Assembly: GCA_963776755.1 (NCBI GenBank)
Contig: CAVZNW010000004.1
Coordinates: 412,257-476,256, forward strand
DNA from: an uncultured Acidobacteriota bacterium
GTDB taxonomy: Bacteria; Acidobacteriota; Thermoanaerobaculia; UBA5066; Gp7-AA6
Direction: 5' to 3'
Length of the DNA stretch: 64,000 nucleotides
The first letter of the stretch is position 1; every line of letters starts with the position of its first letter. Shown piece after piece: positions 18,846 to 28,032 of this stretch. The translations under genes were made by a program, and so were the position numbers. The notes under the pieces are model-generated. The model was not told the origin of the DNA. It saw only the letters and a list, made by a program, of their open reading frames with translations, and searched no databases.

Positions 18846-21602
18846 CTACGGCGCCGCCTTCGCGAAATCTCCCGCCTTGACGACCGTCATCTTTGCCGGG
18901 TCGATGAACCTGCGCATCGCGGCGAGGATGTCCGCGCCCGTGAGCGCCTCCACCTTCCGCTCGAATTCGGCGTCCCAGGCGAATGTGCGCTGGAGATAGA
19001 GCTGGGCGGCGAGCGCCCGGCCGAGCGAGGCGTCCTGAGCGCGGGCCATCTGGCGCGACTGCCGCCAGCCGGACTTGGCGCGGGCGATCTCCTCGGCGTC
19101 GAACCCGTCCTTGAGCACGCGGGCGAGCTCCTCCTGGAACGCGGCTTCGAGACGGGCCGCGTTCTGCGGGGCGTAGATCGCGTACGCCGTGAACGCACCC
19201 GACTCGTCGAGCGGCGAGGCCGACAGCTGCGAGCCGACGCCGTACGACAGGCCGTCCTTCTCCCGGATCCTCGCGTAGAGCCGCGCCGTGTCGGCCGCGC
19301 CGAGCATGTAGTTGCCGAAGACGAGGGCGGGATAGTCGGGCGAGTCGTCCCGGAGCCTGAGGTTCTGCCCGGCGACGAAGAACGCGTTGGCCTTGTCGGG
19401 AGTCTCGAGCGTCTTCTGCACGGGCGGCACGTCCTGGTAGGTCTGCGGGATGCGCGCGAACGGCGCCGGGCTCTTCCAGTCGCCGAAGAGCTCGGCCGCG
19501 AGCCGCGCGACCGGCTCGGCGTCGAAGTCGCCGACGAGGGCGAGCTGGCCGTTGCTCGAGCCGAAATAGTCGCCGTAGAACTGGCGGGACTCCGCGAGTG
19601 TGGCGCCCTCGTAGCTCGCAAGCGACTCGTCGAGCGTTTCGACGTAGCGCACGTCGCCCTTCGGGTAGGGGTTCATGTGGCGCTCGAAGAAGTTCGAGCC
19701 CACGGCGTCGGGCTCGCTGCGCTGCTGTTCGATCGCGGCGAGGTTCTCCTGCCGGAGCTCCTCGAACTCCTTTTCCGGGAAGGCCGGCTCCCGCAGGATC
19801 TCGGCCGCGAGCCGCAGGACCTCCGGGAGGTTCTCGCGGACCGTCTCGAAGGAGAGCGCCGCCTGGCTCGCGCGGCCGTTGACGCCCATGCGGGCCTTGA
19901 GTCGGTCGAGCTCGTCCTTGATCTGCTGGCGCGTGCGCTTCGCGGTGCCCCGCATGAGCATGTCGGCCGCCAGGTCCGCGGCGGTGACCTTGCCGGCGAG
20001 GCTCTTCGCGTCGCCGAAGCGCAGGGTGATCGTCCCGACGACCGTCGCCCCGCGCGTCTTCTTCGGCAGGAGCGCCATCTTCATGCCGCCGGGCAGCTCC
20101 GAGCGTGTGGTCCGCGCGTCGAGGTTCGCGGGCGACGGATCGAACGCTTCGCCGGCGGCGACGGCGGCGTCCCCCTTGTATTCGCGCACGAGCGCGTCGA
20201 CCTTCGGGGGCGGCGGGATCTCGGAACGATCGGGCTCGGCCGTGGGGAGGAAGACGCCGATCGTCCGGTTGGACGGCTTCAGGTACGCGGCGGCGGCCTT
20301 GCGCACGTCTTCGACCGTCGCCTGGCGGATCCGGTCGCGGTTCAGGAAGAACAGGCGCCAGTCGCCCTGCCCGATGTATTCGGAGAGGAGGAGGCCGACG
20401 CGGGCGGCGTTGTTGAGCGTCAGCTCGATGTTCTTCAAGAGCGTGGCGCGCGCGCGGTCGACCTCCTCGGCCGTGACCGGCGAGGCTCCGGCCGCGGCGT
20501 CGAGGGTCGCGACCATCGCGGCGCGCGCCTCGGCGATCGGCTGGTCCGTCCGGACCTCCGCGTCGAACATCATGAAGCCGGGATCGTGGAGGGCCATGAA
20601 GTAGCCGCCGACGGACGTCGCCTTCTTCGTCTCGACGAGCGCCTTGTAGAGGCGGCCCGACGGGGTCGACGCCAGGACCTCCGTCAACAGATCGACCGCG
20701 CCCGCGTCGGGGCTGCTGCCGGACGGGGCGTGGTAGGCCGCGGCGATCGCCTGGACGTCTCCCTTGCGTTCGAGCGTGACTTGCCGCTCGCCGTCCTGCG
20801 TCGGGTCGAGCGTGTAGAGAACGGGGACGGGTGTCGAGGGCACGGGGATGCGCGAGAAGTACCGCTGGACGAGGTCGAGGGTCTTCGCCTCGTCGAAGCG
20901 GCCGGCGACGAGCAGCACGGCGTTGTCGGGCCGGTAATAGGTCCGGTAGAACGCCTGGAGGCGCTCGATCGGCATGTTCTCGAGGTCCGCCTTCGCGCCG
21001 ATCGTGGACTTTCCGTAGTTGTGCCAGAGAAACGCCGTCGAGAGGACGCGCTCCTGCAGGATCGAGCTCGGGTCGTTCTCCCCCATCTCGAACTCGTTGC
21101 GGACGACCGTCATCTCGGTATCGAGGTCCTTCTTCGCGACGTTCGCGTGGACCATCCGGTCCGCCTCGAACTCGAGGGCCCACCCGAGGTTCTCGTCGGT
21201 CGCCTGGAGCGTCTCGAAGTAATTCGTGCGGTCGAACCACGTCGAGGCGTTCGAGTTCGCCCCGTGCGCGGTGAGCTCCTGGTTGACGTTCGGGTGCTTC
21301 GGCGTGCCCTTGAAGAGCATGTGCTCGAGCAGGTGGGCCATGCCCGTCTCGCCGTAGTTCTCGTTGCGCGAGCCGACGAGGTAGGTGACGTTGATCGTGA
21401 CCGTCGGCTTGGTCGGATCCGGAAAGAGAAGGACGCGCAGGCCGTTGGCGAGTCGGTACTCGGTGATTCCCTCGACCGAGGCGACCCTCACCGGTTTCGC
21501 CGGGGCCGGCGCGGGCGTCTTCGCCGCCGGCTGCGCGGAAAGCGTGGCCGCGAGGGCGAGCGACGCGAGAAGCGCGAGGGGAGTGCGGGGCCGGAGCCTC
21601 AT
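18846..21602 (-). CDS. M16-family (pitrilysin/insulinase-like) Zn peptidase, two M16 units, secreted
   Basis: ORF 18846..23204 trimmed to the ATG at 21602, preceded by AGGAGG. Signal peptide MRLRPRTPLALLASLALAATLSAQ. Inverted zinc motif HLLEHMLF (HxxEH). Confidence 0.85.
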   Translation of the reverse strand: MRLRPRTPLALLASLALAATLSAQPAAKTPAPAPAKPVRVASVEGITEYRLANGLRVLLFPDPTKPTVTINVTYLVGSRNENYGETGMAHLLEHMLFKGTPKHPNVNQELTAHGANSNASTWFDRTNYFETLQATDENLGWALEFEADRMVHANVAKKDLDTEMTVVRNEFEMGENDPSSILQERVLSTAFLWHNYGKSTIGAKADLENMPIERLQAFYRTYYRPDNAVLLVAGRFDEAKTLDLVQRYFSRIPVPSTPVPVLYTLDPTQDGERQVTLERKGDVQAIAAAYHAPSGSSPDAGAVDLLTEVLASTPSGRLYKALVETKKATSVGGYFMALHDPGFMMFDAEVRTDQPIAEARAAMVATLDAAAGASPVTAEEVDRARATLLKNIELTLNNAARVGLLLSEYIGQGDWRLFFLNRDRIRQATVEDVRKAAAAYLKPSNRTIGVFLPTAEPDRSEIPPPPKVDALVREYKGDAAVAAGEAFDPSPANLDARTTRSELPGGMKMALLPKKTRGATVVGTITLRFGDAKSLAGKVTAADLAADMLMRGTAKRTRQQIKDELDRLKARMGVNGRASQAALSFETVRENLPEVLRLAAEILREPAFPEKEFEELRQENLAAIEQQRSEPDAVGSNFFERHMNPYPKGDVRYVETLDESLASYEGATLAESRQFYGDYFGSSNGQLALVGDFDAEPVARLAAELFGDWKSPAPFARIPQTYQDVPPVQKTLETPDKANAFFVAGQNLRLRDDSPDYPALVFGNYMLGAADTARLYARIREKDGLSYGVGSQLSASPLDESGAFTAYAIYAPQNAARLEAAFQEELARVLKDGFDAEEIARAKSGWRQSRQMARAQDASLGRALAAQLYLQRTFAWDAEFERKVEALTGADILAAMRRFIDPAKMTVVKAGDFAKAAP

Positions 21603-21695
21603 CCTGTTCCTCCTGGGCGAGTGCGCCCCGAATACTACCCGCGCGGCCGCGGCCGCGGGCCGGACTAGAATTCGCTCGAGACGACGGAGGATTCC

Positions 21696-23345
21696 ATGAA
21701 GATCCCGATGTTCGTGTTCGCCGCCGCCATTCCCGCCGTGCTCTCCGGCCAGCACGCCGAGCCGCACGGCGACGCGGCGGCCCAGAAGCCCGCGGCGCTG
21801 CTTGCGGGCACCGGGTCCCACCGGCATCCGATCGCGACCTCGAGCCCCGAGGCCCAGAAGTTCTTCGACCAGGGCATGGTCCTTCTCTATGGGTTCAACC
21901 ACGAGGAGGCGTTCCGCTCGTTCGAGAAGGCCGCCGCGCTCGACCCGAAGGCCGCGATGCCGCACTGGGGCATGGCGATCGTCCTCGGCGCGAACTACAA
22001 CGATCCGGCCCCGGTCGACGAGAGGCTGCTCAAGGCGCGCGCCGAGGTGGAGAAGGCCCTGGCCCTGTCGGCCGGAGGGCCCGAGAACGAGCGGGCGTAC
22101 GCGGAGGCGCTCGCCGCGCGCTACGTCGCCGACCCGGCCGCCTCCGACAAGGCGAAGGTCGCGCGCGACTACGCGGCCGCGATGAAGGCGCTCTCGGCCC
22201 GCTACCCGGACGACCTCGACGCGGCCACGCTCTACGCCGAGAGCCTCATGAACCTCACACCGTGGAAGCTGTGGACGCCCGCGGGCGAGCCCGGCGAGTA
22301 CACGCTCGAGATCGTCGCCGTGATCGAGTCGGTCCTGAAGCGCGATCCGAGCCACCCCGGCGCCAACCACTACTACATCCACGCCGTGGAGGCCTCGAAG
22401 AGCCCCGAGCGGGCGCTGCCGTCCGCCACGCGGCTCGAGACGCTCGTGCCGGCGGCCGGGCACCTCGTCCACATGCCCGCGCACGTCTACGTCCGCACGG
22501 GCGACTACGTCGCCGCCGAGAAGTCCAACGCCGTCGCCGCCGACGTGGACCGCGCCTACATCCGCGAGACGGGCGCGCAGGGCATGTACCCGGTGATGTA
22601 CTACAACCACAACGTCCACTTCGAGTCGTACGCGGCGCTGATGGCCGGCCGCTACGCCTCGGCCAAACGGGCGGGCGACCAGCTCTTCGACGGCGTGCTT
22701 CCGGTCGTCACCATGGACCCGATGCTCGAGGGCTTCCTCTGTCAGCCGGCCTTCGTCGCGCTGCGCTTTTCGAAGTGGGACGACATCCGGAAGATGCCCG
22801 ACCCGGGCCCGAAACTGCCGCTCGTGCGCGCGGTGTGGCTCTACGCGCGCGCGATGGCCGCCGCGGCACAGGGCGACGCGAAGCGCGCCGCGACGCTGCG
22901 CGATGCGTATCTGGTCGCCCGCGACTCCATTCCCGCCGGACGCATGGCGGGCCCCCAGAACAGCGCCGCGGCGCTGCTGTCCGTCGCGACCCCGGTCCTC
23001 GACGCGCGGATCGCCGAGGCGCGCGGCGACCGCGTCGCGGCGATCGCGTCCTGGAGGGCGGCCGTCGAGGCGGAAGACGCGCTGGCCTACGACGAGCCGC
23101 CCGCCTGGTACTACCCGACCCGGGAATCGCTCGGCGCGGCGCTCCTGCGCGAAGGCCGGGCCGCCGAGGCCGAACAGGTCTTCCGGGCCGACCTCGACAA
23201 GCACCCGCGCAACGGCCGCTCGCTCTACGGTCTCTCGAAGAGCCTCGAGGCCCAGAAGAAGGACGCCGACGCGGCCTGGGCCCGCGCCCAGTTCGACGCG
23301 GCGTGGAAGGACGCCGACACGCCGGTGCGGCTGGAGGATTTGTAG
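21696..23345 (+). CDS. Secreted TPR-repeat protein
   Basis: Signal peptide MKIPMFVFAAAIPAVLSG. Repeated helical A/L/Y-rich TPR-like units. No catalytic motif recognised. Confidence 0.65.
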   Translation: MKIPMFVFAAAIPAVLSGQHAEPHGDAAAQKPAALLAGTGSHRHPIATSSPEAQKFFDQGMVLLYGFNHEEAFRSFEKAAALDPKAAMPHWGMAIVLGANYNDPAPVDERLLKARAEVEKALALSAGGPENERAYAEALAARYVADPAASDKAKVARDYAAAMKALSARYPDDLDAATLYAESLMNLTPWKLWTPAGEPGEYTLEIVAVIESVLKRDPSHPGANHYYIHAVEASKSPERALPSATRLETLVPAAGHLVHMPAHVYVRTGDYVAAEKSNAVAADVDRAYIRETGAQGMYPVMYYNHNVHFESYAALMAGRYASAKRAGDQLFDGVLPVVTMDPMLEGFLCQPAFVALRFSKWDDIRKMPDPGPKLPLVRAVWLYARAMAAAAQGDAKRAATLRDAYLVARDSIPAGRMAGPQNSAAALLSVATPVLDARIAEARGDRVAAIASWRAAVEAEDALAYDEPPAWYYPTRESLGAALLREGRAAEAEQVFRADLDKHPRNGRSLYGLSKSLEAQKKDADAAWARAQFDAAWKDADTPVRLEDL

Positions 23346-23349
23346 GGGT

Positions 23350-23625
23350 TCAGCGGGCTTCGAGGCGCTCGACGCGAGACTCGAGGGAGGCGTGGCCGTC
23401 CTCGAGAGCGCGGATTCGGCGGTCGAGCTCGGCGTAGGAGAACTTGATCATCGCCTGAGTCTCCTCAAAGCGGTGATCCATACGCTGCTCGAGGGCCTCG
23501 AAGCGGCGATCGACCTTTTCGTCGAGGCCGGCGAGCCCTTCGGCGAGAAGCTGAATGCGCGACTCGAGCTTCTCGGCCACGACGTTGAAGTGGCGCTTGA
23601 TCTCGGTGACTTCGGTTGAGTCCAT
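23350..23625 (-). CDS. Small coiled-coil protein (hypothetical)
   Basis: 91 aa with a heptad-rich acidic/basic pattern (..RFEALEQRMDHRFEE...RIRALEDG..). Codon usage is consistent with its neighbours. Lies 22 nt upstream of the MetE-like gene on the same strand. Confidence 0.4.
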   Translation of the reverse strand: MDSTEVTEIKRHFNVVAEKLESRIQLLAEGLAGLDEKVDRRFEALEQRMDHRFEETQAMIKFSYAELDRRIRALEDGHASLESRVERLEAR

Positions 23626-23646
23626 CTCGTCCTCGGAAGGCGAAGC

Positions 23647-24708
23647 CTACACCCGCAGTTCTTTCGACGCCATCGCGTTGCCTTCGACGCGCGCGCGGAT
23701 CTTCGCGAACGCGGTGTCGCGCGAGGTCGAGACGTCGTCGCCGAAGGGCGAGAAGCCGCAGTCGTCGGTCGAGCCCAGGTTGGCCGGGTCGATGAACTTC
23801 GCCGCCTCGAGGATGCGGTCGCGGACCTCCTCCGGCGTCTCGACGCGCGGGGAGATCGGATCGGTGACGCCGACGAAGACGCGGCGGTCGCCCTTCGCGT
23901 GCGCGCCGAGGATCTTCAGGACGCGCGGGCGGTCCGCCTCGCTCGCGAGCTGGACGAAGAAGCTGCCGACGTCGATGCGAAAGAGCGCCGGCAACAGCTC
24001 GGCGTAGTCCACGTCGGCGCTGTGCGTCGAATCGCGGTCGCCGCCGGGGCAGGTGTGGATGCCGATCTTCGCCTTCTCGCCGGCCGTGAAGGCGGAGAGG
24101 ACGCGGTTGTTCAGGTCGACGAACGCGTCGAGGAGCTTCTTCGACGGGTCGAGCTTGATGCAGAGGCGCCCCTCGGTGAAATCGATCTGGACCGAGGCGC
24201 CGGCCGCGAGGCAGCGGCGGATGTCGGTCTGCGCCTCGCGCACGAGGTCGTCGAGGAACTCCTCGCGCGGGTAGCCGGGGACGCCTGCCGGCGGGTAGAG
24301 CAGCGACAGGGCCGAGGCGGCGATGACGGCCTCCTTCATCGGCCGGGACGCGTACTTGACGGCTCCCTCGAGATAGGTCGCCGCGTACGTCGAGTAGCGA
24401 AAGGGGCCGGACGCCAGGACGGGCAGCTGGCGCGTGTGACCGTCCGCGAACGGAATGGTCACGCCGCCCGGTGCCAGGTTCTTCGCGCCGTGGATCGGGT
24501 ACGTCGCGAAGCTCGGCTTGCGCTGTTCGCCGTCGGTGATGACCGGCGAGCCGGTCTCCTCGAAGCGGAAGATCGTGTCGCGCACGGCGCCGTCGAAGAG
24601 CGCCTCGAGGGCGTCGGCCGTGATGCGGCCGGCGCCGAGGGCCGCCATCCCTTCGATCAGGTCCCGGGGTCGTGGAATACTTCCGATCGGTTCGGTGGGC
24701 AGCGTCAT
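23647..24708 (-). CDS. Stand-alone MetE C-terminal-domain-like (cobalamin-independent methionine synthase family, YxjG/YxjH-type) methyltransferase
   Basis: ATG at 24708 (MTLPTEPIGSIPRP...). UROD/MetE-like fold motifs: GIHTCPGG and CGFSPF near the C-terminus. Confidence 0.7.
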   Translation of the reverse strand: MTLPTEPIGSIPRPRDLIEGMAALGAGRITADALEALFDGAVRDTIFRFEETGSPVITDGEQRKPSFATYPIHGAKNLAPGGVTIPFADGHTRQLPVLASGPFRYSTYAATYLEGAVKYASRPMKEAVIAASALSLLYPPAGVPGYPREEFLDDLVREAQTDIRRCLAAGASVQIDFTEGRLCIKLDPSKKLLDAFVDLNNRVLSAFTAGEKAKIGIHTCPGGDRDSTHSADVDYAELLPALFRIDVGSFFVQLASEADRPRVLKILGAHAKGDRRVFVGVTDPISPRVETPEEVRDRILEAAKFIDPANLGSTDDCGFSPFGDDVSTSRDTAFAKIRARVEGNAMASKELRV

Positions 24709-24745
24709 GGCCCGTAATCTATCCAACTTCGGAAGGAGCATCGCG

Positions 24746-27700
24746 ATGCGTCGAGCTTCGAGCACTCTCCTCGGGATGGCGGTCCTGCTGGCCGCCGCCG
24801 TGATGGCGGCCCGGCCGATCGATCCCTCGCTCTATGGCGACCTGCGCTGGCGGCTCATCGGGCCGTTTCGGGGCGGCTGGGCGCTCGTGGCCGAGGGCAT
24901 CCCGGACGATCCGGCCACCTACTACTTCGGCGCCGCGGCCGGCGGGGTGTGGAAGACCGGGGACGCGGGCCGCACGTGGGCGCCGATCTTCGACCAGGCC
25001 GGCGCGGCCTCGGTCGGGGCCCTGGCGATCGCTCCGTCCAACCCGAAGGTGATCTACGTCGGCACGGGGCAGATCCAGGCCCGCTACGACATCGCGTCCG
25101 GCGACGGGATGTATCGCTCCGACGACGGGGGGGCGAGCTGGAGAAAGATCGGCCTGCCGGACTCGCGCGCGATCGGCCGGATCCTCGTCGATCCGAAGAA
25201 CCCGGACGTCGCCCTCGTCGCGGCGCTCGGTCACATCTTCGGCCCGAACCGCGAGCGCGGCCTCTTCCGGACCGAAGATGGCGGAAAGACCTGGAGCCAG
25301 GTCCTCTTCGTCGACGAGAACACGGGAGCCGCGGACCTCGCGGCCGATCCCGAGAATCCGGCGATCGTCTACGCCTCGCTCTGGCAGGCCCGCAACTATC
25401 CGTGGCTCTCGTACTTCAAGCCGATGGTCGGCCCGGGCAGCGCCGTCTACAAGTCGACCGACGGCGGGCGGACGTGGACGCGGCTGTCGGGCGGAGGCTG
25501 GCCGGCCGGGCCGATCGGGCGCGTCGGGCTGGCCGCGTCCGCCGGCGGCCGGGTCTGGGCGCTCCTCGACGCGGCGGGCGACCCCGGCAAGCCGTCGCCG
25601 GAGGCCGGGCTCTGGCGCTCGGACGACCGCGGAGCGACGTGGGCCCGCGTCAACGCGACGGCGGGACTGGCGTCGAGCTACATGAACCGCCTGACCGCCG
25701 ACCCGCGGGAGCGCGACGTCGTGTACGTCACCGGGCAGTCGATCCGCCGCTCGCGCGACGGCGGAACGACGCTCGAGTTCTTCCGCGGCGGGCCGGGCGG
25801 CGACGACTACCACTTCCTGTGGATCAACCCGAAGCGCCCGGAATACATGGTCACGGCGGCGGACCAGGGCACGATCGTGACCGTCAACGGCGGGAAGTCG
25901 TGGAGCGACTGGTACAACCAGCCGACCGGCCAGTTCTACCACGTCGAGGCCGACGACCGTTTTCCCTACTGGATCTACAGCGGCCAGCAGGACTCGGGCA
26001 CGGCCGGCGCCGCGACGCGCAGCGACTTCGGACAGCTCACGTATCGCGACTGGCACCCGGTCGGCGGCGAGGAGCGCGGGTGGGACGTGCCCGACCCCCG
26101 CGATCCCGAGATCGTCTACGGCACGGGCCTCGGCGGGACGATCACGCGCTTCGACGGTCGCACCGGCCAGGTGCGCAACGTCTCGCCCGCCGCGGAGAGC
26201 ACGTACGGGCGTCGTCCGGTGCCCGGTCTCTACCGATGGTCGTGGGTCTTTCCGATCGCGATGTCGAAGACGCCGCCCCACGCGCTCTACACGGGCTCGC
26301 AGTACCTGCTGCGCTCGCTCGACGACGGCGCGTCGTGGGAGAAGGCGAGCCCGGACCTCTCGGGCGCGGTCCCCGGCGCGAAGGGCTGCGAGGGCGACGT
26401 GACCGTCGAGAACGCCCGGCCCTGCGGCTTCGGCGTGATCTTCACGATCGAGCTGTCGCCGCGCGACGCGCAGGAGATCTGGGTCGGCACGGACGACGGC
26501 CTGATCCATCGCACGAAGGACGGCGGCCGAACCTGGAAGAACGTCACGCCGAAGGGACTCCCCGCCTGGAGCAAGATCTCGACGCTCGACGTGTCGCCGC
26601 TCGAGCCCGACGTCGTCTACGCCGCCGTCGACGCGCACCGGCGCGACGACTTCACGCCTCGCCTCTACCGCACGCGCGACGGGGGCGAGAGCTGGCAGGA
26701 GATCTCGGCGGGCCTGCCGTCGCCGGGCTTCGCGATGGTCGTGCGCGCCGATACGGTGCGCCGCGGCCTCCTCTACGCCGGCACCGACACGGGGGCCTTC
26801 GTCTCCTTCGACGACGGCGATCACTGGCAGACGCTGCGCCAGAACCTGCCGACCTGCTGGATCGGCGACCTCCAGGTCCACGGCGCCGACCTCGTCGTCG
26901 CGACGCAGGGCCGCGGCCTGTGGGTCCTCGACGACGTGACTCCGCTCCGGCAGGTCGCGGCGGCGGCCGCCGCGTCGCCCGCGACGCTCTTCGCGCCGGC
27001 TTCGGCGGTGCGCGTGCGCAACAACGAGAATCGGGACACGCCTCTGCCGCCCGAGACCCCCTTCGCGCGCAACCCGCCGCCGGGCGCCGTGTTCGACTAC
27101 GTCCTCGGCGCTCCCGCGAAGAGCGTGCGGATCGAAGTCCTCGACGGGAAGGGCGGCGTGGTGCGCGCGTTTTCGAGCGACGATCCGCCGGAGAAGGTCG
27201 ACGCGCGCCGCTACTTCACCGACCTCTACCTCCACCCGCCCGCTCCTCCCTCGGCGGCGGCGGGGCACCACCGGTTCGTCTGGGACCTGCGGTACCCGCG
27301 CCCGAAGTCGGACCGCTACGACTTCATGATCTCGGCCATCGCCGGCGAGGACACGCCCATCGCCCCTCGAGGGCCCCTCGCCCTGCCGGGGCGCTACACC
27401 GTCCGGCTGACGGTCGACGGAGCGGCTCAGGAAAAACCGCTCGATCTGACGATGGATCCGCGCGTCCAGGCGACGCCGCAGGCCCTGGCCGAGCGCCTGG
27501 CGTTCGAGCAGGACGCCGTCGCGGCGATGAATGCGTCCTACGACGCGCTCGTCCGCGTGCGGGCGCTCCGAAAGGAGCTCGTGGCCCGGCAGTCCCGAGT
27601 CTCGGGAAAGTCCGCGGACGAGGTGCGTTCGGCGGCCGCGCGTGCGCGGGAGCTCGAGACGGGCGAAGGCCCCACCGGCAAGCTTTCGCCCGAGGGGGGG

Positions 27701-27934
27701 CTTGTCGGAATCAACGGCCGCCTGGGCACCGTGCTCGAGGGCATCGACGGCGCGGACGCCGTGCCAACCTCGATCCAGAAGGACGCTCTCGCGGGCGCCC
27801 GGGCAAACCTCGAGCGCCTGCTCCCGGCCTGCAAGGCCCTCGAGGAAACCGCGCGCCGGGCCGGGATCTCCGTGCTGGACCTCGACCTCTCGGGCCCCGA
27901 CTCGGACGAGCGCGCCGGAATCGAAATCGAGTAG
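24746..27934 (+). CDS. Secreted BNR/Asp-box repeat protein (sortilin-Vps10 / GH74-like beta-propeller)
   Basis: ATG at 24746, 8 nt after GGAAGGAG. Signal peptide MRRASSTLLGMAVLLAAAVMA. At least 8 repeats of the S.DGG.(T/S)W BNR motif. Confidence 0.8.
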   Translation: MRRASSTLLGMAVLLAAAVMAARPIDPSLYGDLRWRLIGPFRGGWALVAEGIPDDPATYYFGAAAGGVWKTGDAGRTWAPIFDQAGAASVGALAIAPSNPKVIYVGTGQIQARYDIASGDGMYRSDDGGASWRKIGLPDSRAIGRILVDPKNPDVALVAALGHIFGPNRERGLFRTEDGGKTWSQVLFVDENTGAADLAADPENPAIVYASLWQARNYPWLSYFKPMVGPGSAVYKSTDGGRTWTRLSGGGWPAGPIGRVGLAASAGGRVWALLDAAGDPGKPSPEAGLWRSDDRGATWARVNATAGLASSYMNRLTADPRERDVVYVTGQSIRRSRDGGTTLEFFRGGPGGDDYHFLWINPKRPEYMVTAADQGTIVTVNGGKSWSDWYNQPTGQFYHVEADDRFPYWIYSGQQDSGTAGAATRSDFGQLTYRDWHPVGGEERGWDVPDPRDPEIVYGTGLGGTITRFDGRTGQVRNVSPAAESTYGRRPVPGLYRWSWVFPIAMSKTPPHALYTGSQYLLRSLDDGASWEKASPDLSGAVPGAKGCEGDVTVENARPCGFGVIFTIELSPRDAQEIWVGTDDGLIHRTKDGGRTWKNVTPKGLPAWSKISTLDVSPLEPDVVYAAVDAHRRDDFTPRLYRTRDGGESWQEISAGLPSPGFAMVVRADTVRRGLLYAGTDTGAFVSFDDGDHWQTLRQNLPTCWIGDLQVHGADLVVATQGRGLWVLDDVTPLRQVAAAAAASPATLFAPASAVRVRNNENRDTPLPPETPFARNPPPGAVFDYVLGAPAKSVRIEVLDGKGGVVRAFSSDDPPEKVDARRYFTDLYLHPPAPPSAAAGHHRFVWDLRYPRPKSDRYDFMISAIAGEDTPIAPRGPLALPGRYTVRLTVDGAAQEKPLDLTMDPRVQATPQALAERLAFEQDAVAAMNASYDALVRVRALRKELVARQSRVSGKSADEVRSAAARARELETGEGPTGKLSPEGGLVGINGRLGTVLEGIDGADAVPTSIQKDALAGARANLERLLPACKALEETARRAGISVLDLDLSGPDSDERAGIEIE

Positions 27935-28032
27935 GGTCCGGTCTCGATTCTTCGGTTTCTCTTGGGCCGAAATTTCGAGACCCGACCCCCAACTTTTCGG
28001 AGGAATCGCCGTAGGACCGGACGAGGCCTCCG

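Noticed and set aside
23350-23625. Alternative interpretation of the coiled-coil ORF as non-coding
   Set aside because: Not fully rejected. Kept as a low-confidence CDS because codon usage and its position 22 nt upstream of the co-oriented MetE-like gene are gene-like, but no homology signal is recognisable.
27935-28032. Hairpin GGTCTCGA-N28-TCGAGACC after the BNR-protein gene as a terminator
   Set aside because: The loop is long and the downstream tract (CGACCCCCAACTTTTCGG) is not a clean U-run. Too weak to call.
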